Under the pieces are notes generated by a model. It saw only the letters and a list, made by a program, of their open reading frames with translations, had not been told where the DNA came from and did no database searches. The translations under genes and the position numbers were made by a program. This document shows positions 48,502-60,957 of a DNA stretch of 64,000 nucleotides, piece by piece. Position 1 is the stretch's first letter. Each line of letters starts with the position of its first letter. Origin of the DNA: Minisyncoccia bacterium (GTDB taxonomy: Bacteria; Patescibacteriota; Minisyncoccia; Phycocordibacterales; UBA9973); contig JBAQFO010000014.1 of assembly GCA_049287305.1 (NCBI GenBank), positions 128,453 through 192,452 on the forward strand, written 5' to 3'.

Positions 48502-49173
48502 TTAGGCAACTATAACCGTAAACTCCCCTCTTTGTTTTTCTTTATTGTTTACAAAATATTCCAAAACTTCGGTCGGTGTTCCGGTTTTAAATTCCTCATA
48601 AATTTTAGTAAGTTCACGCGCCACGCAAACTTTTTTATCAGGGCAAAATTTCACCAAGGATTCAAGAGTTTTTAAAATTCTATGAGGTGATTCGTAAAAC
48701 GCCATTGTTCTCTTGGATTCCGCAATTTCTTTAAATAATGTTTCTCGGCCTTTTTTGTGAGGGAGAAAGCCCAAGAAAGTAAATTCATGAGTTGGAAGTC
48801 CCGAACCCGAAAGCGCGGTAATAAGAGCGGTGGCTCCGGGAATTGGAGTCACCTCTATTTCGGGAAGATTTTCTTTTATTTTAGAAACTAGCAATGCTCC
48901 CGGGTCGGAAATTCCCGGCGTTCCAGCATCGGAAACAAGCGCCAGATTTTTCCCCTCTCGCAGAAGCTCAAAAATTTTATCGGTTTTCCCCAGCTTACTC
49001 TGAGCGTGATAGCTCATGGTCGGCTTCTTGATATCAAATTTATCCAAAATCTTTTTGGTTTCTCGGGTATCTTCACACAATATCACGTCAACACTTTTAA
49101 GTGTTTCTATAGCTCGGAGTGTGATGTCACCCATATTCCCGATTGGCGTGGCTACAATGTAAAATTTAGTCAT
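48502..49173 (-). CDS. rsmI: 16S rRNA (cytidine1402-2'-O)-methyltransferase
   Basis: YIVATPIGNMGDIT...ILCEDTR motif. Confidence 0.85.
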   Translation of the reverse strand: MTKFYIVATPIGNMGDITLRAIETLKSVDVILCEDTRETKKILDKFDIKKPTMSYHAQSKLGKTDKIFELLREGKNLALVSDAGTPGISDPGALLVSKIKENLPEIEVTPIPGATALITALSGSGLPTHEFTFLGFLPHKKGRETLFKEIAESKRTMAFYESPHRILKTLESLVKFCPDKKVCVARELTKIYEEFKTGTPTEVLEYFVNNKEKQRGEFTVIVA

Positions 49174-49182
49174 ATAAATAAA

Positions 49183-49548
49183 TCAATGCTCTGGGATATC
49201 TTTTTCATGGATTCTCGCTGTTTCTTCCCTTTTATCCAGTATATCGCAAAATATTAAATTTGGTTCCGAAATATCTGTGGTAGTCGCGCCAGACTCAATG
49301 GCTATATCTTTTAATTTTTCCAATATCCTGTCGCACTCCACGATAACTTCTTCTATGCTTATTTCTTTTACATAAAATTTAGAGGCGACCATACTCCAGT
49401 CTTCTTCCACTGCGGCTAATTTTGGGTTCTTGAATTTTTCTTTAGGATTCGTGAATTTTTCTCTGATAAGATAACCAAAACCGTTAATAAGTTTTTTCTT
49501 TTTCTTATATTGCTCTTGTTGTTCAACCCCGGGTGCGCTCTCTTTCAT
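49183..49548 (-). CDS. Hypothetical protein
   Basis: 121-aa ORF, no motif. Confidence 0.3.
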   Translation of the reverse strand: MKESAPGVEQQEQYKKKKKLINGFGYLIREKFTNPKEKFKNPKLAAVEEDWSMVASKFYVKEISIEEVIVECDRILEKLKDIAIESGATTTDISEPNLIFCDILDKREETARIHEKDIPEH

Positions 49549-49561
49549 GTTTATGTGAACA

Positions 49562-49954
49562 TTATTTTACAGATTCGCCACTGTCGTCTAAAAGCATTTT
49601 TTGTATTTGTTTTACTATCTCTTCGTTTCGAGCCATTAAATTCTCGTATGAAAGCTGTTCTTTGGACAAATGGGCAGTTTCTTCCGCAAACTCCATCATT
49701 TCTTCTAATACAGCGATCGCAACAGGCAAGGCTTCGTGTATTGGAATTAGTTTAGCTTCAAACCTGTTCACGGCATCGGCGAGGCGCTCTCTCCACTCAT
49801 CAATGGTATCCCTAAATTCTTCTCTAGTTTCTGCAGGTAAGTTCTCTCGGATAACTTCCCCGAGACCAATAATTAGTTTACCTTTTTCGTAAAACTCTGC
49901 TTGTTTCCTTATGAGTTCTATTGTATTTCGGGGTCCGGGTGGTTTTAAGTCCAT
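49562..49954 (-). CDS. Hypothetical helical protein
   Basis: 130-aa ORF, no motif. Confidence 0.35.
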   Translation of the reverse strand: MDLKPPGPRNTIELIRKQAEFYEKGKLIIGLGEVIRENLPAETREEFRDTIDEWRERLADAVNRFEAKLIPIHEALPVAIAVLEEMMEFAEETAHLSKEQLSYENLMARNEEIVKQIQKMLLDDSGESVK

Positions 49955-49991
49955 ACAATAATTATAAATTAAAACACCGCAATGTAAACCT

Positions 49992-50441
49992 TTATTTTCT
50001 GTATTTTTTAGTTCTCCATTTATCCGCTATTTTTACTCGGGTAAGCGAACGCTCGAGTTCCGCTTCGAAGTGTTCAAAGTCCACCACATCCTTATTTTTC
50101 ATTTTTTCTTTCAATTCGTCCGCTCGAGCTTTCGCCTGTTCTATTTTCTCGTCAGAGAGCTCCGCCATGTGTTCCGCGAAGTCAGCCAGAACGGCAACCT
50201 CCGTTGTGCCTTGCTCGTTGTGCTTTATCTCCACAAATCCTCCTACCACTGCCATTGGCACAAGCTCTCCGCCAGAGTAAGCCACGACATCCCCTGATGA
50301 AAGCCCCGTTATTAGCGGAATATGGTCCGGCAGAACTGTTATTTCCCCTAAAAGCGTAGGCAGGCTCACCTGGTCAACCATCTCTTCCAAAACCAGTCTT
50401 TCGGGAGTAACAATTTTAAGTTTTAGTTGTTTTGTGTTCAT
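49992..50441 (-). CDS. atpC: ATP synthase F1 epsilon subunit
   Basis: LKIVTPERLVLEEMVDQVSLPTLLGEITVLPDH. The start is moved to MNTKQ. Confidence 0.8.
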   Translation of the reverse strand: MNTKQLKLKIVTPERLVLEEMVDQVSLPTLLGEITVLPDHIPLITGLSSGDVVAYSGGELVPMAVVGGFVEIKHNEQGTTEVAVLADFAEHMAELSDEKIEQAKARADELKEKMKNKDVVDFEHFEAELERSLTRVKIADKWRTKKYRK

Positions 50442-50607
50442 TTTTAATCCTTGCCCGTCCAAAGCTTTAGCGAAGGAGGGTTAATTGTTTTGACATAAGT
50501 ATTCTTTTAAATTACTTTTTAAAATGACTTGCGAACGCGACTGGCGTGAGCACGAGGAATTTTTTACCAAAAAAATATCCGTGCATTTTAAAAAGTGAAT
50601 TTAAAAA

Positions 50608-51987
<1,380 letters not shown>

Positions 51988-52011
51988 TTATTAATTATTA
52001 ATTTTAATTTT

Positions 52012-52902
52012 TTAATTGACACTTGCCATCCCTGCGCTTATCTCCGATATCTCTCTGGTAATGTTCGCCTGCCTTGCTTTGTTGAACATTAGGGTGAGGT
52101 CATCAATCATTTCTCCCGAAGCATCCGAAGCATTCTTCATGGCTATCATTCTGGCGGACTGCTCTGAAGCGTTGGACTCCAGAATCATTTGGTAAACCTG
52201 CATTCGGGTAATCTTTTCGGCAAGCATCGTTATTAATTTATCAAAATCTCCTTCAAACAAATAATCGGTTTTGTTCTCTGATTGTTTTTCTTCGGCATTT
52301 TCTATCGCCCCTTTCACCTCTTTTTTTGAAATAGGAAGAAGCTGCTTGACTGTCGGCTTCTGAGCCAGGGCCGAGGTGAAGTGGGTGTATGATATGTAAA
52401 CTTTTTTGTATCCGCCATTCCTGTATTCGTCCACTATAAGCTTGGAAAGAGGCAGAACATCTCTGAGGCCTATGTTCACATCGGGGATATCGGTAAATGC
52501 TCCAGTAATATTTTGATTTATTCTCCTCATCGCCACATCTCCCTTTTTCCCCACAGTTACAATGTCGGTTTCTGCTTCGTTCCCAAGTTGTTTTAATTTC
52601 TGTAACGTTGATTTTATAACCTGAGAGTTATAACCTCCACATAGACCCCTATTGGAAGTAATGAGCACGATAAGATTTTTGCCTTCCGCCTGTTCGTTCC
52701 AAAACGGATCGGTTGATTTTTCAATGTTAGCGGCAACAGAAGCCAGAATTTCGGAAGAATACTCCGCATATAAACGCGAAGCAAGCGTAGAATAAACCGC
52801 GCGCTTCATCTTTGAAGCAGCCACAAGCTCCATGGCTTTGGTTATTTTCTTGGTGTTCTTTACGCTTTTTATTCTTCTTTTAATTTCTTTTGTTCCTGCC
52901 AT
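52012..52902 (-). CDS. atpG: ATP synthase F1 gamma subunit
   Basis: MAGTKEIKRRIKSVKNTKKITKAMELVAASK. Confidence 0.9.
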   Translation of the reverse strand: MAGTKEIKRRIKSVKNTKKITKAMELVAASKMKRAVYSTLASRLYAEYSSEILASVAANIEKSTDPFWNEQAEGKNLIVLITSNRGLCGGYNSQVIKSTLQKLKQLGNEAETDIVTVGKKGDVAMRRINQNITGAFTDIPDVNIGLRDVLPLSKLIVDEYRNGGYKKVYISYTHFTSALAQKPTVKQLLPISKKEVKGAIENAEEKQSENKTDYLFEGDFDKLITMLAEKITRMQVYQMILESNASEQSARMIAMKNASDASGEMIDDLTLMFNKARQANITREISEISAGMASVN

Positions 52903-52917
52903 AACAATATTTACCGA

Positions 52918-54417
52918 CTAATTAAAATTCTTTTTAAAGTCTTCAATTACTTTCTTGAGCTCTTCTTCGCCTTTGTCACTCCACATTTTCTTTTCGGTAA
53001 TTTCTTTATAGAATCCTTTAGCATTATGCTCGCTGTATTCTATGAGACCGCTTTCAAAGGCTTTTATTTTTTCTACCGGCACGTCATCCATATACCCCTT
53101 GGTAAGAGCGTATAGCGTCACAACCTGATGTTCTGTTTTCACAGGCGCATATTGAAGCTGTTTCAAAACTTCCACTGCTCTCTTACCGCGTTCCAATTGT
53201 CGTTTAGTATTGTCATCCAGGTCCGACCCGAATTGAGAGAAGGCTTCCAGTTCCCGGAACTGCGCAAGGTCAAGTTTTAAGGTTCCGGCCACTTTTTTCA
53301 TGGCTTTAATTTGAGCACTGGAACCCACACGGGACACGGATGAACCCACATTTACCGCTGGTCGGATTCCTTTGTAGAACAAATCAGTCTCCAAGAATAT
53401 CTGTCCGTCAGTTATAGAAATCACGTTGGTAGGAATGTAAGCAGATATATCTCCGGCTTGAGTTTCAATAATTGGGAAAGCTGTAATGGACCCACCTCCA
53501 TATTTCTCGTTACGTCGGCAAGCTCGTTCCAAAAGCCTGGAATGCAAATAAAAAACGTCTCCGGGATACGCTTCACGGCCGGGAGGGCGTCGCAGTAAGA
53601 GAGAAATTTCACGGTATGCGACAGCATGCTTGGAAAGGTCATCGTAAATTATCAGCACGTCTTTTCCTTGGTCCATAAAGTATTCGGCAATGGATACTCC
53701 GGTATAAGGAGCGATATAAGAAAGTGAAGCGGCTTCGGATGCTCCGGCAGAAACTATGACGGTGTATTTCATCGCACCGCCCTCTTCCAGGCGAGCTTCA
53801 ATTTTTCTAAGTTTGGAATCTTTCTGTCCGATTGAGACATACACGCAAATCATGTTTTGGCCTTTTTGGTTTAAAATAGCGTCAATAGCAATAGCGGTTT
53901 TCCCAGTCTGGCGGTCTCCGATGATAAGTTCTCGCTGTCCGCGTCCTACGGGAATAATTGCGTCAATAACCTTTATACCTGTTGCCACCGGCTGGTCAAC
54001 AGAAAGTCTGGTCACGACTCCGGGAGCCACCTTTTCAATAGGGTAAGTTTTTGTTGATTTAATAGCGCCTTTGCCATCTATAGGCACACCGATGGCGTTT
54101 ACCACCCGGCCTAAGATATCATCCGACACCGGAATTTCAAGAATTCTCCCGGTTGCCTTGACCTCATCCCCTTCTTTTATGTTGGCAAAATCTCCAAAGA
54201 TGATTACCCCCACCAAGTCTTCTTCCAAGTTAAGAGCAACTCCGGTGCTGCCGTTCGGGAAAGTCACCATTTCCGAAGATTTAATATCGGAAAGTCCGGA
54301 AACTTTCGCGATTCCGTCAAAAACTTCTAACACCTTTCCAACCTTCTCTACCTTAACCTGAGCGGAAAAATTTTCTATTTCTCTTTTTAAATTTTCTACA
54401 ATGTGATTTGTGCTCAT
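52918..54417 (-). CDS. atpA: ATP synthase F1 alpha subunit
   Basis: P-loop GDRQTGKT. Confidence 0.95.
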   Translation of the reverse strand: MSTNHIVENLKREIENFSAQVKVEKVGKVLEVFDGIAKVSGLSDIKSSEMVTFPNGSTGVALNLEEDLVGVIIFGDFANIKEGDEVKATGRILEIPVSDDILGRVVNAIGVPIDGKGAIKSTKTYPIEKVAPGVVTRLSVDQPVATGIKVIDAIIPVGRGQRELIIGDRQTGKTAIAIDAILNQKGQNMICVYVSIGQKDSKLRKIEARLEEGGAMKYTVIVSAGASEAASLSYIAPYTGVSIAEYFMDQGKDVLIIYDDLSKHAVAYREISLLLRRPPGREAYPGDVFYLHSRLLERACRRNEKYGGGSITAFPIIETQAGDISAYIPTNVISITDGQIFLETDLFYKGIRPAVNVGSSVSRVGSSAQIKAMKKVAGTLKLDLAQFRELEAFSQFGSDLDDNTKRQLERGKRAVEVLKQLQYAPVKTEHQVVTLYALTKGYMDDVPVEKIKAFESGLIEYSEHNAKGFYKEITEKKMWSDKGEEELKKVIEDFKKNFN

Positions 54418-54824
54418 ATGGTCTTTGTTAGGTGTGCTTGTAATTTTTTAATTTTGTTTTTTATACTTAAATCTATTACTTCGTCATTTATCTCTGCTCT
54501 CCATCCTCCCAGCAACCTCTCGTCCAACTTCTCTTCCAAAATTATTTCTTTTCCCCCATAGCGTTCCGATAATGCTCGAGCTAGGTTCTTTCGGGTGGCG
54601 TCACTGAGTTTTTTCGCGGTGTAAATTTTTGCTTCTATTTTTCCCTCTTCCGTATTTATTATTTTATTCAAACGCTCCATGATGTCTGGCGCCTTGGACA
54701 ACAGCCTTCTTTTGGCGAGAAAATTCACGACTTCGGCATAGGCACGAGACTGCTCGTTCTTGTCTTTGCCTTGGAGTGCTAAGTATATCGCCCGAGCTAT
54801 GTTGTTGTTGGAAATTGCTGCCAT
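54414..54824 (-). CDS. atpH: ATP synthase delta (OSCP) subunit, short
   Basis: Position in the operon and an OSCP-like C-terminus. Confidence 0.65.
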   Translation of the reverse strand: MAAISNNNIARAIYLALQGKDKNEQSRAYAEVVNFLAKRRLLSKAPDIMERLNKIINTEEGKIEAKIYTAKKLSDATRKNLARALSERYGGKEIILEEKLDERLLGGWRAEINDEVIDLSIKNKIKKLQAHLTKTI

Positions 54825-54829
54825 AATAT

Positions 54830-55321
54830 TTATATCTTCTTCAGCTCATTTACCGTTTTATCATTAAAAGAATCATCTATTTTGGTTCCTATTAATTTTT
54901 CCGTGGCGGCAAGCGTCAGTGTTACTATTTCCTTTTTCGCTTCTTCCACCATCTTTATTTTCTCCGCTTCCAGGGTCTTTTTCCCGTTTTCAATAATGCC
55001 TGTTACTTCAGCTTTTGCATCTTCCAGCATCTGAGCTCGTTTTGTCTCGGCTTCTTTTTTGCCTTCTTGAAAAATTTTATTTGCTTCGGCTTTTGCGCGC
55101 ACCAGGGCTTCGCTGTATTCTGCTTCGGTTTTTGCCAGAGTTGAGGCGTTGGCCTTAGCGTCATCTATGCCCTTCGCTATTTTCTCGCTTCTTTCCTCCA
55201 TAAGCTTGGAAAGCGGCTTCAAGGCAAAAATATATAAAACCACGAAGACGACTCCGAAGTTTACCGCTTGGGCGATGATTATTTTCCAATCTATGTGAAA
55301 TGTAGAAATTATTGATTCCAT
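54830..55321 (-). CDS. atpF: ATP synthase Fo b subunit
   Basis: N-terminal TM helix plus a long charged helix. Confidence 0.75.
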   Translation of the reverse strand: MESIISTFHIDWKIIIAQAVNFGVVFVVLYIFALKPLSKLMEERSEKIAKGIDDAKANASTLAKTEAEYSEALVRAKAEANKIFQEGKKEAETKRAQMLEDAKAEVTGIIENGKKTLEAEKIKMVEEAKKEIVTLTLAATEKLIGTKIDDSFNDKTVNELKKI

Positions 55322-55427
55322 TTGCTTGATTATAATTTGTAAATACTCCGGACACGGCTTCTATTTTCCGAGAACATCACGGGATGCGCCCAGAAACTAG
55401 CAGCCGTAGCTACTAGGTTGAGAGTGG

Positions 55428-56793
<1,366 letters not shown>

Positions 56794-56794
56794 A

Positions 56795-57118
56795 TTAATT
56801 TTTCTCCGTTTCTTTTATTTTCTTAATATAATCTTTTACCACTCTTACCATGCCAACGCAGGTCACCACGAAACCAACCCCCGTAAAGATAAAAAATATT
56901 ATCGGCTCGGTGCCAAACTTTTTGTCCAACATTTTCCCAAAAACAAGCGCGCAGACAATCGGAATGACTATCCAGGTAGAAATCTGGCTAAATATCTGGA
57001 TGCCTGCAACCCACCCTACCATGCCCTTCTTGGGGCTTGAATCCACTTTATTCTCTTTTAAATTTGTCTCTTCCACAAAAACAAAGCCGTTTAGGGGCTT
57101 TCGGATAGTATAAAGCAA
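56795..57118 (-). CDS. AtpZ/AtpI-like small membrane protein
   Basis: Sits directly upstream of atpB. Two TM helices. Confidence 0.4.
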   Translation of the reverse strand: MLYTIRKPLNGFVFVEETNLKENKVDSSPKKGMVGWVAGIQIFSQISTWIVIPIVCALVFGKMLDKKFGTEPIIFFIFTGVGFVVTCVGMVRVVKDYIKKIKETEKN

Positions 57119-57186
57119 AAGAGCCTCTGATGCAACAGCCTTAATTATTGCTTATAAGTATTAATTTTGTTATAGTTTTTCCTATT

Positions 57187-57258
57187 GAGCGTGTAGTTCA
57201 GTGGTAGAACGCTGTCCTGATAAGACAGAGGTCGATGGTCCGATTCCATCCACGCTCA
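57187..57258 (+). tRNA. tRNA-Ile(GAU)
   Basis: GAGCGTG TA GTTC AGTGGTA GAAC G CTGTC CTGATAA GACAG AGGTC GATGG TCCGATT CCATC CACGCTC A. Confidence 0.8.
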
Positions 57259-57300
57259 CAGACAAAAAACAAAAAACCGCATTCCTGCGGCTTTTTGTTT
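57259..57300. terminator. Bidirectional terminator
   Basis: AAAAAACCGC-attcct-GCGGCTTTTTGTTT. Confidence 0.65.
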
Positions 57301-57318
57301 CAAAAACTAATTTAAATA

Positions 57319-57633
57319 TTAGTATTCTCTTCGTCCTCCACCACCGTATCCACCGTTTCCTCCACTAGATCGTGGGGGTCGAGCTTCCATAGGGCGAGCT
57401 TCATTGACTGTAAGTTTGCGTCCTTCGAAATCTTGGTCGTTGAACATAGAGATAGCTTTCGCTGCTTCATCCTGAGATGACATTTCTACGAATCCAAAAC
57501 CCTTTGAACGACCAGACATTTTGTCCATGATAATCACAGCAGAAACAACGTTTCCAGCTTGTGCGAAGAGGTCCCTAAGGGCGTCTTCTTGAGTGCTGTA
57601 AGGGAGTCCCCCTACATATAGCTTTGTAGCCAT
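57319..57633 (-). CDS. RRM-type RNA-binding protein with Gly-rich tail
   Basis: RNP1 KGFGFVEM and RNP2 LYVGGL. The tail is SSGGNGGYGGGGRREY. Confidence 0.85.
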   Translation of the reverse strand: MATKLYVGGLPYSTQEDALRDLFAQAGNVVSAVIIMDKMSGRSKGFGFVEMSSQDEAAKAISMFNDQDFEGRKLTVNEARPMEARPPRSSGGNGGYGGGGRREY

Positions 57634-57790
57634 ACTTTTATACTTCTCCCGTTTTTGAAAAATCGGGCAAAAACTATTTAATAAACCTGCTACAAAGAGT
57701 AATCTTTCTAGCCGGCGTAGAAACTCTTTTTCGCTAAATGAGGCCTACAAAAAAATAATACCATATAAAAAATAAAATGCAATCGGCAGA

Positions 57791-57847
57791 AAACTTTTTC
57801 GTCCTTTTGGACTCATCAGGCAAGACACACATCTTGCGAAAGCCCGG
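57791..57847 (-). ncRNA. Candidate type-III hammerhead ribozyme
   Basis: Minus-strand RNA GGGCUUU C^ GCAAGA-UGUGUG-UCUUGC CUGAUGA GUCC-AAAA-GGAC GAAA AAGUUUU. It has NUH = UUC at the cleavage site, stem I of 6 bp, core CUGAUGA, stem II GUCC/GGAC (G10.1:C11.1), core GAAA, and an open stem III AAAGUUU/GGGCUUU. Confidence 0.45.
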
Positions 57848-57958
57848 ACAGAATGATGCTGTCCGACCTGGAGGAACTCCAGGATTTTGATGTTGGCCGG
57901 CTGACGCGCGGCCTGACGATTCCTGTTTTAGTGGCGAAGGAACATTTCGCGTGGAGGG

Positions 57959-58453
57959 TCAGTGGCGGCGAGGAGGAAGCGTGATAATGCTGAATTCGAA
58001 ACTGTGGACTGGATTCGAATCCTCCTGTGGATGCCGACAGAGACAGTTCGGACAGATCGGGTCCGTCGTCGCGAGCTTCCAGTTGGCGCGAAGGACGAGT
58101 CCTTCGGTACCAAAGAGGTCGAACTCTGCTTGGACCGCCGACCAGAAGAAGCTGGTGGCCGCCTGAAGCTGGCCGGCGATCTTGTTCGTCCGGCTCGCGA
58201 GTTCGTGCATTTCCTCCGGCATCATCTGGTTGAGGTCGTCGAAGGTGAGTCGCTGAACCTTGGCGACTTCAGCGTTGCGCTGCTCTGTCAGCCGGCAGAT
58301 GAGCGCCCAAAGCTTCTGGAGCTCTTCCGAAAGAATGCCGGCCTCCTCCTCGCCCGCGTACGTGCGGATCAGTTTGAGGCGGTCTCCAGCGATGGCAACC
58401 TCATCTGGCGTGACGGTGGCGAGATGTTCCAGGAGTCTTTCGATCAGTTTCAA
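57959..58453 (-). CDS. Hypothetical soluble protein, GC-rich gene, probable TTG start
   Basis: AGGAGA SD 6 nt before the TTG. 164 aa with a CPNCLC motif near the C-terminus. The antisense 173-aa ORF is Arg-rich and was rejected. Confidence 0.45.
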   Translation of the reverse strand: MKLIERLLEHLATVTPDEVAIAGDRLKLIRTYAGEEEAGILSEELQKLWALICRLTEQRNAEVAKVQRLTFDDLNQMMPEEMHELASRTNKIAGQLQAATSFFWSAVQAEFDLFGTEGLVLRANWKLATTDPICPNCLCRHPQEDSNPVHSFEFSIITLPPRRH

Positions 58454-58565
58454 GGTGATTCTCCTATTCTGCTATTAAACTAACCTTATTGAATTAGCCA
58501 CAGCTTCAAAAAAATAAAAAATTATTACTCTCTTGAAACTATGGCTAAAATGTAAAGAACGCTAC

Positions 58566-58626
58566 ATACTCTGGCATTATAGCACACTTTATACCAGTTT
58601 GTCAAGTAAAAAACCCTTACTAATCA
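58566..58626 (-). promoter_or_regulatory. Repeat module copy A: terminator hairpin (of the DUF805 gene) plus TTGACA-N18-TATAAT promoter facing 57959..58453
   Basis: Minus strand reads AACCTTGATTAGTAAGGGTTTTTT then TTGACAaactggtataaagtgtgcTATAAT. About 85% identical to copy B at 59897..59955. Confidence 0.55.
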
Positions 58627-58680
58627 AGGTTTTTTACTGCGCATGTAATAATAGTTTTACAAATTTATTATTTATGATAT

Positions 58681-59106
58681 TTACGCAACGGGAGCAACAG
58701 CAGGAGGAGTAGGCGCTGCTGGCATTCCCTTTGGGTTTTGGCCGTATTTGTTGTCTCCGGCATCCGAATCTCGGCACAAGAACACCAAAAGAACTATCCA
58801 TCCTACTATGGGAATAAGCCACATAAACCACCACCAACCGCTGTGGTTAGTATCGTGCAATCTTCTGATAGTCACGGCGATAGAAGGCACCAACACAGCC
58901 AAAGAGTAAAGAGATGTCAGCACGCCTGTTTCGTAAGTAAATGCTCCCATGTTTTTTGTAATGTTCAAACCCGTAACAGATTCAACAATGGATAAACCAA
59001 TGCTGATAAGAAAGTTGAAGAGCACGAACATCCAAAACTCTCGTCTCCTTGACCTGCCGTCAAACATCGCGTATTTTTTAAAAACAACCGTTTTAAATTC
59101 TTCCAT
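58681..59106 (-). CDS. DUF805-family inner-membrane protein
   Basis: RRLHDTNHSGWWWFMWLIPIVGWIVLLVFL signature. Confidence 0.6.
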   Translation of the reverse strand: MEEFKTVVFKKYAMFDGRSRRREFWMFVLFNFLISIGLSIVESVTGLNITKNMGAFTYETGVLTSLYSLAVLVPSIAVTIRRLHDTNHSGWWWFMWLIPIVGWIVLLVFLCRDSDAGDNKYGQNPKGMPAAPTPPAVAPVA

Positions 59107-59272
59107 GTTTATAATATTTGTTATGAATAATTAATACACACGAATTATACAATATTCAATAAAAATTAGTAAAGGCCATTCAACGTTTGAAGAATGGCCT
59201 CTGATTGTCTGCTCACGCGAGACCTACGGTCCTTATTTTTTTGCGCGGGGGAAACTTCCCGCTTCGTCATCG

Positions 59273-59875
59273 TCAGAGAATTTCTTTCAGTCGGACAAGC
59301 CGGCTCAGGAAAACACTGACGGCGTTGAGACTCACCCATCCGAGCCAGACATGGACCAGCTCCATCTCCGGCCGGTGTCGCCAGAACATCGGCAACACCG
59401 CTTCCCACGTCAGAAACAAGACGTATGGGAAGACGACGAAGAGGATGATCAGATTACCCAACTGCCTGAGTGGCGGAATACTGGTCAGAAGCCAGAATCC
59501 AACGCAGGCCAGAAGAGCAACCTTGGCGCCGTCGGGAACGTGGTACCACGCGTAGTTGTTCCGTAGCCACGCTCCGACGCACAGCGCAGCGAAGACGATG
59601 AAGATCAATACGACGTGGTTGAATCGAACCCCTCCCGCAGCGCGAGCGACGAGCCGCTTGCCCGTTTCCGCCATCGTCGGGAAACTCCTGACGAGTAAGT
59701 AGACGAGGTATACGAGAAGAACTGCCTTCATGTGCAACCGTGGAAGATACGAGTAGCTGTTCCACAGAAGCATTATGAAGACGAGAACCAAGAACTTCAC
59801 GACCCATGTCATGAACTTCTCGAATGTCGTCAACCCCATGAACTTGAAAATGTACTTCGCGAACTCTCCAAACAT
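59273..59875 (-). CDS. Hypothetical polytopic membrane protein, GC-rich gene
   Basis: AGGAGG SD 8 nt before the ATG (MFGEFAKY...). Roughly five hydrophobic helices. The tracked ORF start at 59926 is the TTG of the promoter -35 box. Confidence 0.5.
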   Translation of the reverse strand: MFGEFAKYIFKFMGLTTFEKFMTWVVKFLVLVFIMLLWNSYSYLPRLHMKAVLLVYLVYLLVRSFPTMAETGKRLVARAAGGVRFNHVVLIFIVFAALCVGAWLRNNYAWYHVPDGAKVALLACVGFWLLTSIPPLRQLGNLIILFVVFPYVLFLTWEAVLPMFWRHRPEMELVHVWLGWVSLNAVSVFLSRLVRLKEIL

Positions 59876-59896
59876 CGGTGAATCCTCCTGCCGCAT

Positions 59897-59955
59897 ATTA
59901 TAGCACACTTTATCCCATTTTGTCAAATAAAAAACCCTTTATTCTTAAGGGTCTT
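59897..59955 (-). promoter_or_regulatory. Repeat module copy B: TTGACA-N18-TATAAT promoter abutting the SD of 59273..59875, plus an upstream hairpin and T-run (probable prfA terminator)
   Basis: Minus strand reads ACCCTTAAGAATAAAGGGTTTTTT then TTGACAaaatgggataaagtgtgcTATAATatgcggcAGGAGGattcaccgATG. Confidence 0.55.
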
Positions 59956-59985
59956 TTACCTTCTGTGTTGAAAAAATTTCTTGTT

Positions 59986-60957
59986 TTATTCCTCCTCCTC
60001 GTCCCCTACGGCACCGGATTCTATGTCATTAATTATATCGCTTATATCCCCTTCCATTATTTTCGGCAAATTGTGCCAGGATTTTTTGATGCGATGGTCA
60101 GTCACTCGGTCTTGGGCAAAATTATATGTTCGTATTTTCTCGCTTCGGTCTCCGGAACCTATTTGGCCCTTTCTAATCCCCGCATGCTTAGCAGCTTCTT
60201 TTTCTTCTTCCAGTTGTTGAAGTTTATTTGTTAAAATAAGCATCGCTTGTTCTCTGTTGGCAAGCTGGCTCCTTTCGTTTGTTGACCTAACGTCAAGACC
60301 AGTTGGTTTATGAATTATACGAACAGCAGTTTCAACTTTGTTAACATTCTGTCCGCCTTTTCCACCGGAGCGAGAATACTCCATTTCAAATTCTGCTGGG
60401 TTTACTATAAAAGTTATTTTCTTACGAATAGGAAGCACTGCCACTGACGCCGTGGAGGTGTGCACTCGTCCGTTCTTCTCGGTTGCGGGGATTCTTTGGA
60501 CTCTGTGGACTCCGGTTTCGTAGCGCATTTTTTTATAAACATCCCGCCCTTTTATTTCAAAACTTGCTTCCTTGTAGCCGGAAAGGTCGCTCTTTGACTC
60601 ATAGTTTACTTTCCATTGCCACTTCTCCGCTTCGGAAAACTTTTCATACATATGCGCCAGCTCCCACGCAAAAAGAGAAGCCTCGTCTCCTCCGGCTCCC
60701 GCCCTTACTTCAAGCACAATTTCATTGGGAAATTCTTCGGCTTCTTTGTCTTTGTCTAAAATATCTTGAACTTGTTTTTCTATTCTTTCCCTTTCTTCCT
60801 GGAGAGTCTTCAATTCTTTCCCAGCCAGCTCGTGAAGTGTGTCGTCAGAGTCCAGCATCTCCCGAACTTCCGCTTCTTCGCGCGCCAAACGCTCAAGCTC
60901 TCCCGCAAGGTAGCTTGTGTTGTGATTCTTTTTAAGTTCTTCTAGATCAAGAGACAT
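59986..60957 (-). CDS. prfA: Peptide chain release factor 1
   Basis: GGQ motif (GGQNVNKVETAVR) and the RF1-type PAT tripeptide (RIPATEKNGRVHTS). Confidence 0.85.
   Translation of the reverse strand: MSLDLEELKKNHNTSYLAGELERLAREEAEVREMLDSDDTLHELAGKELKTLQEERERIEKQVQDILDKDKEAEEFPNEIVLEVRAGAGGDEASLFAWELAHMYEKFSEAEKWQWKVNYESKSDLSGYKEASFEIKGRDVYKKMRYETGVHRVQRIPATEKNGRVHTSTASVAVLPIRKKITFIVNPAEFEMEYSRSGGKGGQNVNKVETAVRIIHKPTGLDVRSTNERSQLANREQAMLILTNKLQQLEEEKEAAKHAGIRKGQIGSGDRSEKIRTYNFAQDRVTDHRIKKSWHNLPKIMEGDISDIINDIESGAVGDEEEE

Noticed and set aside
57962-58483. 173-aa plus-strand ORF antisense to the GC-rich gene 57959..58453
   Set aside because: It is Arg-rich, which is typical of the wrong frame in GC-rich DNA. 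It has no RBS, whereas the minus-strand ORF has an SD and a consensus promoter.
59876-59926. Tracked start of the membrane-protein ORF at 59926
   Set aside because: The TTG at that position is the -35 box of the TTGACA-N18-TATAAT promoter. The SD-supported ATG at 59875 is the credible start.
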